Source: Actinomycetota bacterium
Lineage (GTDB): Bacteria; Actinomycetota; Thermoleophilia; UBA2241
Assembly (NCBI GenBank): GCA_003132585.1
Contig: PKYG01000095.1
Span: 21,931-85,930, forward strand
Direction: 5' to 3'
DNA: 64,000 nt
The notes below the pieces were generated by a model, which worked only from the letters and a program-made list of their open reading frames with translations, had not been told where the DNA came from and made no database searches. Of this stretch, positions 57,801-64,000 are shown one piece after another. Made by a program: the position numbers and the translations under genes. Positions within the stretch are counted from its first letter, which is position 1; each line of letters starts with the position of its first letter.

Positions 57801-57944
57801 CTGGTGCTGTGCACCGACTACTGCCGGCGCCCGGAGCACATCGACCGCTTCTATAGCAAGGCTCAAGCGCTGGGCTTCGTGCCCTATGCGGCGGTGCGCG
57901 ACCTCGACCGGATGATCGTCAATCCGGGGCACGCACCGGACTGA
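54870..57944 (+). CDS. Large secreted protein with a C-terminal GH114-like (endo-alpha-1,4-polygalactosaminidase-type TIM barrel) domain
   Basis: Signal peptide MRRNSRLLLIALAVGGAALLAVG. C-terminal DLIITDYSRNG...LAYMSIGEAETYRWYW...GYDGVYLDIIDAYEYW. Confidence 0.7.
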   Translation: MRRNSRLLLIALAVGGAALLAVGVTGLGAAAPSGAAAPRPAPSYTPSPLIEGFAAPNALLSVTNDNDRFVNGRPDVAVNRVRFVPGQLGGCMRVDFFMRGGLWKNVMVEVNKGVPLNLTGQDTLKLTMKGDWADKGGAQSVTVALTMLNGALYYQSLTVTKSWQTYDMALDPSGSAWGTDGPNWGARDVFTIDKIATITFFVSPPKTGDYRLFFDDLAVTGGPVQPYVNEDAPVPEEFVSIPYAIGQAVDDMGWRDWDNRRKGVRNYQVLLKEKASLADYQTVVDIGKAAGTRLTTVWIMQDLDKRNTCAKARYNTPVAKYDMTSDGTNWTNAITPDQYGIIGLVKRNASFMEFGMHGVSHEHFRNGVEQRAEYAHINESKPGRATTWGWADMNLKAQCYRELLRQYFSRQQLDMPVAEVPPAHAYYYSTTDAHTTGALLHKYGVKYINGGINVSTNVRDGYFIDHGVIFINRAYGTNWDWVGATPWEGYWNDFDAPYYPSDKYGWVEAHFPNLWGAKQKWVNYLLGINDSQNRFLPKNSAQCSWQYLYHKFGTITESGGTYTIDLTKVDPAAYTYNLLGSMVLKTWVGDKEISSVALTNGASVLGYWKDTFGYAYIVLGKNGNPQGRLDPAVYQMTVTFGDQTMPSFVDLNGVTYNVFSFTSDAHQASLRLQMYGRQTVKVKLPFAPASVECDNPRLMVGKWSYADGFLTMRLRGTRLTGQTGTITIRDTPSVQPDWAAVDDFLYQLQNLSLLEAGASRFDLIITDYSRNGHEATRFTPEQIATLQHSPGGAKRVLAYMSIGEAETYRWYWKDSWDANLDGIPDPGAPSWLGRSNPDWLDNYKVRFWYPGWQKLIYGTPNSYLDKIIADGYDGVYLDIIDAYEYWGPGGEGKPVRKTAAQDMVDFVTRLANYAHVVKGKPDFAIFPQNGADLGRHPEYMAVVTGIGQEDTWYNGDAISPWTAETVPALERFKGAGKLVLCTDYCRRPEHIDRFYSKAQALGFVPYAAVRDLDRMIVNPGHAPD

Positions 57945-58118
57945 GGCGGGGCGGGGCGCGCCGTCAAGCCCGAGGTGCACGCTTCCGCCCGTCTGCTCGA
58001 CCGGCGCGATGGGGCCCAGCGTGACCTTGCCTTCGAGCAGACCGGTCGGACCGCGCACCCCTCACGGCCGAGCACGAGCGCGACGACGCGTCGCAGGCGA
58101 AAGGGGCCGACCAGCGTC

Positions 58119-61100
58119 CTAGCGGTTGTTCCAGGCGTCTACCGCCACGACCGGGCTTGTTCCACCCAGATTTGCGATCGCGTAGTTCGCCTTTACCTCT
58201 CGGCTTTCGCCGGGCAGGAGGGTCAGGTAGTTGTCCTGCCAGAGAATGGGCAGGAGTTCCTCGCCTTCCGGCCCCTTGAGGATTCTGAGCCGCACAAAGA
58301 ACGCGATCGAGCTGCTCTCATTCGTCACGGTCACCGTTTCATCGCGCCGATCACCCTGGTCGACCGTGGTCTGCGTGGAGGTGATCTTGACTGGCGGCAA
58401 CCTGTTCACACCCGTAAGGTCGGCGTACTTCAGTTGTGGCGTGTGCCACCAGTCGGCCCGTTTCCAGTCGAGCGTGTCGGGCTTGGTCGAAAGCCAGTAG
58501 GTGTTCAGGCTGACGACTCTGCCGGCGCTGTCCTTCATGGTCAGGCGCAGGAAGTAGGTGCGGGTCAGGCCGGCAAGCGAGGGAAGCGTGAAGACCCGGA
58601 TCGCCGAATCGGGGCCGACGGAACGCACCGTCCTCGCGTTGCCGTACCGCTCGGTCGCATCCAGGTTGTACACCTGAGCGCGGACCGTCAGATCGGAATA
58701 CGTGTCCAGCGTGGAATTCAGTACGGCAATGCTGTGACTGGCGTAGGAATACATCACGTGCAGGGGTTCCAACGCCAGCTTGGTGCCGTAGTAGCCTCCA
58801 CTGGGTCGGAGGTAGTAGTCGAAGAGACCGTCGTAAACGAAGCTGGGCCAGCCGTCGGTCCCCATCCACTGGATCACGCCGCTGGCGCCGTACTTGTTGA
58901 GCCCATACGCCTCCAGCATCGCACGGTTCGCCTCATAGGCGAGCATCTGCGACTTGGTGGCGAACTCGGCAAGCGATCGTGACGGGCCGTACCGCTTGTC
59001 CGTCTCAGTGGTAGGGATCGCGTAGTTGTTGTCGTGGTAGGCCGACACGCTGTTCTGGGGCCACAAGTCACCCTTGGGGATGAACCTGACGATGCTCTCG
59101 TAAGGCGGGACCCCGGAACTGGTACTCCCGATCTCGGTGGAGAAGTTCCAGGCGCCGCCGTTCTTGTCGTCGGTCTCCCAGTAGATCGGCGGCTCCCAGT
59201 TGTAGGGTCCCTCCATCTTCACACCCGAACGACCGCTTACCTTCGAGGGGAAACTGGACGCGCTGGACAGAATGGGATTGGGCCAGTGGAGGCTCTTCTC
59301 GATGCCCAGGTACTTCCGCTCCACCGTGGGATCGCCGACGAACGGCTCGTAGGCTCCCACCGACGGGGGCATGTCGCTCCCGTTCAGCCAAACGAGGAGG
59401 CTTGGGTGGATGCGGAGATTGCGCATCTGCGTCTTCAGCGATTCGGTGGCTACGGTCCGCTTCTCAGAAGACCAGGTGCCCGGATCCTGCCAAACGTCGC
59501 AGCACATCCAGCCGGCGATGACCATGATCCCGTATCGATCCGCGAGCTTGAAGAAGTTGTCGTCCTCGAACTTCCCTTCGAGGCGGATCGTGTTCACGTT
59601 GGCGTCACGGTAGTAGCGGAACTCCGTCTCTTGCCGGGTCGGGTCGCGCCGCTGGAGCATGTCGGGGGCGAAAGCTGAGCCACGTACCTGGAAGCGTTTG
59701 CCGTTGATGAAGAAGACCGCGGTCTTCGCCATGTTGCCGGCCGTGTTGTCGAGGGGATAGGCGACCGAAGAGGCCCAGGCGGGATGATTGAGCGCCAGGT
59801 TCTGGCCACCGCCGGGGGCATAGACTCCGAGTTCCTTGAGCGAGTAGTACTTGCCGCGCGCGGCCGTCGCCGCCACCTGCACATAGCGAGCACGTGTGGC
59901 AGGAAAGGTGCGGAGTGCGGTCCTGCCGTGACCGCTCTTTTCGACTGCGACCGTCGTCCAGGAGGCTGCATCGCTGGACACCCGGATCTCGTAGGCGCTG
60001 GCGTAGGCGCCGGCCCAACTCAACACCACCTTGCCGATGGTTCTTGACTCGCCCAGGTCCACAGACAGCCATTCGGCGCCGGGTCCGCGGCTGGCCCAGC
60101 GTGTGTCGAGGTTGCCGTCGACGGCCTTGATCGCCGCATAGGGCGAGGACGGCGCCAGCTTGGCTGTGATTTCGCGGATACCGAACTGGGTGGTCAAGCG
60201 ATCGCTGGTTTGCCCGTCTGCAGTGAAGCTCAAGGCCAGCGTGTACAGGTTCGGCGTCCCATAGTTCCACGGCCACCAGAGGCGCGGGTTGGAGATGTTC
60301 AGTTGAGGATACTCGCTGAAGGGGAAGGTCACTTTCCTGGTCTGGCCAGCCGGAACGGCGACGTCTTGCGAGAACGTCACGTCACCGATCGTCCCGTCCA
60401 GCGTGCCCGACACCGGACTCGCCGATCCGTTGGTGACATCGGCCACCACGGTGAGGTGAGCCGCATCCAGCGACGGTTGGTCCACCTTGGAGATCACGAG
60501 CGGATGACGTACGACCACCGGACCGCTCGTAGAGACCACCACATCGTTGAGAATGCCCATGTTGTTGTCGGGTGGCTCGGGGTTCCAGTCCGTATAGGTG
60601 ATGGTCAGATCCCCCTGGCTGATGTCGGCGTTCTGCATCTCGTCCGTGACGACCACGGGGCGGGTCACCTCAATCGCCAGAGCATTTGGAGCGTCGTAGC
60701 GGATGTGGTCGGTGATGTCTAGCTCGAATCTGCGGAAAGGACCGACAACCGTCTTGTCAGTGGCGATGCGTACACCGTTCAGCCACACGTTGGCCCGGTA
60801 GTTGATCCCCTCGAGTCTCAGCCAGACGTGTTTGCCGCTCTCGCCGGCAGGCAGGCCGAACTCCGTTCGATACCACCAGGGAACAGCAAAATCGTCTGCA
60901 TGGACTTTCCTGAGATTGTCCCCCATGAACAGCCAGTCCTCAGCGTACACGCCGCTTTGAACCAGCCCGGCCAGGACGCTGGCCGGTACTGAGATGGGGT
61001 GCCAGTTATCGCTCGAGTAGCCCGGGGTCGAGATGGCCGCTCCGCCATCTGAGACCGTGGCGGAGGATTGAAGCCGCCAGCCCTCTCTCAACGTCGCCGC

Positions 61101-61235
61101 GAAACCCGCTGTCGGGGATGCGGACTCACGCGGCACAGCGCGAGTCGGGCCAGCGCAACCGGCAATCGCGATCAGGACGAGCATCAGACCCACCATGGAT
61201 GCCCACTGTTCGATCGGGGGGAGTCGTTTCTTCAT
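58119..61235 (-). CDS. Glycoside hydrolase family 2 lipoprotein (exo-beta-D-glucosaminidase/beta-mannosidase-like) with an inserted F5/8 type C (discoidin) domain
   Basis: Lipoprotein signal MKKRLPPIEQWASMVGLMLVLIAIAGC. GH2 blocks. Discoidin-like AIKAVDGNLDTRWAS...WLSVDLG. Confidence 0.8.
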   Translation of the reverse strand: MKKRLPPIEQWASMVGLMLVLIAIAGCAGPTRAVPRESASPTAGFAATLREGWRLQSSATVSDGGAAISTPGYSSDNWHPISVPASVLAGLVQSGVYAEDWLFMGDNLRKVHADDFAVPWWYRTEFGLPAGESGKHVWLRLEGINYRANVWLNGVRIATDKTVVGPFRRFELDITDHIRYDAPNALAIEVTRPVVVTDEMQNADISQGDLTITYTDWNPEPPDNNMGILNDVVVSTSGPVVVRHPLVISKVDQPSLDAAHLTVVADVTNGSASPVSGTLDGTIGDVTFSQDVAVPAGQTRKVTFPFSEYPQLNISNPRLWWPWNYGTPNLYTLALSFTADGQTSDRLTTQFGIREITAKLAPSSPYAAIKAVDGNLDTRWASRGPGAEWLSVDLGESRTIGKVVLSWAGAYASAYEIRVSSDAASWTTVAVEKSGHGRTALRTFPATRARYVQVAATAARGKYYSLKELGVYAPGGGQNLALNHPAWASSVAYPLDNTAGNMAKTAVFFINGKRFQVRGSAFAPDMLQRRDPTRQETEFRYYRDANVNTIRLEGKFEDDNFFKLADRYGIMVIAGWMCCDVWQDPGTWSSEKRTVATESLKTQMRNLRIHPSLLVWLNGSDMPPSVGAYEPFVGDPTVERKYLGIEKSLHWPNPILSSASSFPSKVSGRSGVKMEGPYNWEPPIYWETDDKNGGAWNFSTEIGSTSSGVPPYESIVRFIPKGDLWPQNSVSAYHDNNYAIPTTETDKRYGPSRSLAEFATKSQMLAYEANRAMLEAYGLNKYGASGVIQWMGTDGWPSFVYDGLFDYYLRPSGGYYGTKLALEPLHVMYSYASHSIAVLNSTLDTYSDLTVRAQVYNLDATERYGNARTVRSVGPDSAIRVFTLPSLAGLTRTYFLRLTMKDSAGRVVSLNTYWLSTKPDTLDWKRADWWHTPQLKYADLTGVNRLPPVKITSTQTTVDQGDRRDETVTVTNESSSIAFFVRLRILKGPEGEELLPILWQDNYLTLLPGESREVKANYAIANLGGTSPVVAVDAWNNR

Positions 61236-61691
61236 TGGCGGAATCTCCCGGATGGAATGGTGACCCTGTCGCCTCACGCGCGATGATACCCCCAGACCAC
61301 CCTTGTCACCATCGCAGAAAGGCGCTCGACAGTGGACGCCGCGTCGCGTGATCGACGACCACCACCGGATGACCCGACCCCCTGAAATCGGTCCACCTTG
61401 AGTGACCTGCACCCCTGAAGTTGGTCCCGGTTGACGTTATGGTTTTCGGGCCGAAGATCGCCGACCAGCTCACACAGGCTCTGTAGCCTTTCTGACGGCT
61501 GGACACGTCTCGAAGACCTCCAGCAAGCCGCTCTGGCCTCCGCCCCGGAATGACGCGTCGGCATCGTGACGGCAGATGGGGAAATGGGGCTGCGCAAAGC
61601 CCGCTATCGCCGGTGAGAGAAGGTCGCGTGTGATGTGATCCACTGTCCGGGCGTCGATCTACTGCGTCACGCTTGGTGCGCGTCGTCCGGC

Positions 61692-63986
61692 CTAGCGGCC
61701 CCGCCGCGAAAGCCACGTTTGGTCTCGCACGAGGCCGTCGGAGAAGGCGAGGACTCGATTGCGCCCAGCGCGCTTGACCGCATACATCGCCCAGTCTGCC
61801 TTGTCGAGGAGCTCGTCCCGGGCGCTGGCATCGTCGGGGGAGGTGGCGATGCCGATGCTGACCGTCAGCGGGTGGCCGCCACGAGCGCTGGAGGCTTCAA
61901 TCTCGGCGCGCAGATGCTCGGCGACGGTGCGGGCCCCCGCCGCGTCCGTGTCGACGAGCACGAGCACGAACTCCTCGCCGCCGTAGCGGGCGGCCAGATC
62001 CACTCGCCGGCTGCCGGCCTCGATGATCCGTGCGATGCGCGCCAGGGCGGCATCGCCGGCCTTGTGTCCATAGTCATCGTTGTAGATCTTGAACTGGTCG
62101 CAGTCGCAGAAGAGCAGCGAGAGCTTGCTCTCGCGGCGCCGGGCGCGCTCGAGCTCCTCCTCCAGGCGCTCGTGCAGATAGCGGTGGTTGTAGAGGCCAG
62201 TGAGCCCGTCGGTGATCGCCTCGACCTCGGCGCGACTGAAGCGGATCGCCGCCGCCTGCAGCATCGCCGCCAGCGCGTGTGAGCGGTCGCCCTGTATCGA
62301 CCCGCCGAGCGACTCCACGGCGGGTGTGTCCACGGTGACCGCGGCGACGACCGTACCCTCGGCGTCACGGATCGGGGCGATGCCCGACACCCAGACGCCG
62401 AAATCGTCGGCGCCGAGGACGTTCGCCAGCAGGGCCTCACCGGCGAGCACGCGAGCGAGTTCGTCCTCTGGCAGCCAAGGGTCGCCGCAACGGGAGACGT
62501 CGTTCTCGGTCTCGCCGCTGTCGAGGACGGTGATGCACTGGTCGCCGTGGAGCGCGAAGCTCGTGATGAAGCGCACCGACGGGTTGCGATCGCGCAGTTG
62601 GCGGAGGGCGCTCACCATTTGCGCATACTCGGGGCGCGCCTCGTCGGCGCGCGTGCGCAGCAGGGCGTGGGTGGCCGGATCGATCAGCTGCGCGGCCTGC
62701 GTAGCCAGCTTCGCGACGCGCGCCCGCCGCCGCCGCAGGCGCTGCAAGGCGCGCCGGAAGGCCTCGACCATCACCGGGTCGAACTGCGTGCCGCTGCAGC
62801 GCTTCAGCTCGGCCAGGCACTGCCGGTAGCTCAAGGCATGTCGGTAGGGCCGCTCACAGGACATGGCGTCGTAGCAGTCGACGACGCACATGGCGCGGGC
62901 GAGAAGCGGGACCGCCTCGCCAGCGAGGCCATCGGGGTAGCCTTTGCCGTCGAAGCGCTCGTGATGGTGGCGCACGCCGGCGACGAGCTCCTCGTCGAAC
63001 AACGGGCGCACGATCTCGGCGCTGATGCCGGGGTGCTGGCGGACGAGCTCCCACTCCTCCGAGGTCAGCGGTCCGGCCTTGAGCAGGACGCGCTCGGAGA
63101 CGCCGATCTTGCCGATGTCGTGCAGGAAGGCGACGTTCTCCACCTTGTCGAGACGCTCCTCGGGCCAGCCCAGCTCGCCGCCCAGCATGGTCATGTAGGC
63201 GGCCACCCGGCCAGCGTGGCCGAGCGTGTAGTAGTCCTTGGCGCTGAGGGCCGAACTGAGGGCACGCAGGTTGCCCAGGTGGAGGTGCTTGACCTCCGCG
63301 TAGAGCTGGGCGTGCTCGAGCGCCAGGGCCACAAGTTTGGCAACGCCTTCGGCGACGGCGATCTCCTCCTCGGTGAACTCACGCTCGACGTGGTCGAGCA
63401 GCTCGACGGTGCCGATCACCTTGTCCTTGGCCAGCAACGGCAGGGCGATGAGGCTGCGCTGGCCCGAGGCCAGCAGATTGTCTCGTTCGAGCTTGGTGAG
63501 GCGGGGATCGGCGACGCTGTCAAAGGCCACGGCCCGGCGCGTCTCGATGGCGTAGCGGTTCGAGGTCCACTCGTCGAGCACGAACTCGCGCCCGGCCCAG
63601 GACTCATCGAGCACGCCGTCGGCGCTGGAGGCGACGCAGACCATGCGTTCATCTCCCTCGAGCCGGTAGATGTCGCAGTCGGGGATCTGAAGGACAGAGC
63701 TCAGGCGTCGCGCCGCCGACTGCAGGACCTCATCGAGGTCGAGGGTGGAGGCCAGCTCGAGGCTCGTGTCGAGCAGGAGCTGGTAGCGCTGCTCGGCGCG
63801 CTCGCCTGCCGAGAGGCGATCACGAGCCACTGGGGTCCCCTCGCGCAGGACCCGCTCGAGGTCGCTAGCGAGAAAACGGCGCTGGCCGCTCGGGGTGCGC
63901 TGGCAGGCTATCCTGCCGGCGGCCGCCCAGCGGCGCACCGTGCTGGCGCTGACTCCGAGGAGCTCGGCTGCCTGTTGCACGCGCAC
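61692..63986 (-). CDS. Hybrid c-di-GMP signalling protein: MerR-type HTH + GAF + HD-GYP + second sensory region + GGDEF
   Basis: HTH MRVQQAAELLGVSASTVRRWAAAGRI. HD...HHERFDGKGYP. GGEEF in RYGGEEF. GTG start near the window end. Confidence 0.8.
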   Translation of the reverse strand: MRVQQAAELLGVSASTVRRWAAAGRIACQRTPSGQRRFLASDLERVLREGTPVARDRLSAGERAEQRYQLLLDTSLELASTLDLDEVLQSAARRLSSVLQIPDCDIYRLEGDERMVCVASSADGVLDESWAGREFVLDEWTSNRYAIETRRAVAFDSVADPRLTKLERDNLLASGQRSLIALPLLAKDKVIGTVELLDHVEREFTEEEIAVAEGVAKLVALALEHAQLYAEVKHLHLGNLRALSSALSAKDYYTLGHAGRVAAYMTMLGGELGWPEERLDKVENVAFLHDIGKIGVSERVLLKAGPLTSEEWELVRQHPGISAEIVRPLFDEELVAGVRHHHERFDGKGYPDGLAGEAVPLLARAMCVVDCYDAMSCERPYRHALSYRQCLAELKRCSGTQFDPVMVEAFRRALQRLRRRRARVAKLATQAAQLIDPATHALLRTRADEARPEYAQMVSALRQLRDRNPSVRFITSFALHGDQCITVLDSGETENDVSRCGDPWLPEDELARVLAGEALLANVLGADDFGVWVSGIAPIRDAEGTVVAAVTVDTPAVESLGGSIQGDRSHALAAMLQAAAIRFSRAEVEAITDGLTGLYNHRYLHERLEEELERARRRESKLSLLFCDCDQFKIYNDDYGHKAGDAALARIARIIEAGSRRVDLAARYGGEEFVLVLVDTDAAGARTVAEHLRAEIEASSARGGHPLTVSIGIATSPDDASARDELLDKADWAMYAVKRAGRNRVLAFSDGLVRDQTWLSRRGR

Positions 63987-64000
63987 CCAGCGCGGCGCTG

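Overview
64 kb of high-GC (roughly 68-70%) bacterial chromosomal DNA with actinobacterial-style codon usage. Genes are dense on both strands and the window is heavily scarred by short repeats and gene fragments. No rRNA, tRNA, CRISPR array, transposase or integrase was recognised. 0-20 kb: an MFS transporter, an ABC-2 transporter pair, a decayed HigB / intact HigA module beside a truncated ADP-ribosylglycohydrolase gene, a divergent gene pair that both end in tandem RyR domains (a membrane RCK/TrkA-N protein and a PfkB-like + AAA+ ATPase protein), a radical-SAM/SPASM + PqqD-like cluster with a Cys-rich CTCN-repeat/poly-Pro candidate substrate, a TPR protein and a membrane-anchored TIR-domain protein. 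20-52 kb: a mosaic defence / toxin-antitoxin island bracketed by two paralogous TolB-like lipoprotein genes. Left to right it holds a low-GC islet (XRE regulator, beta-CASP MBL hydrolase, putative PD-(D/E)xK protein) bounded by about 320-bp direct repeats; a GmrSD-type (DUF262/DUF1524) enzyme; a Type I RM system with a frameshifted hsdS that is split, between hsdS and hsdR, by a SIR2-like gene, remnants of a GIY-YIG/DUF4357-like gene and an SDH/ClpP-fold protease; a fused XRE/ImmA-M78 protein; NYN; ParE-type TA; a PadR operon; Fic; and AbiEi plus a truncated AbiEii. 52-64 kb: secreted glycoside hydrolases (GH9, GH114-like, GH2) and a MerR-GAF-HD-GYP-GGDEF hybrid. All domain calls come from motifs read in the six-frame translations; no database searches were run.
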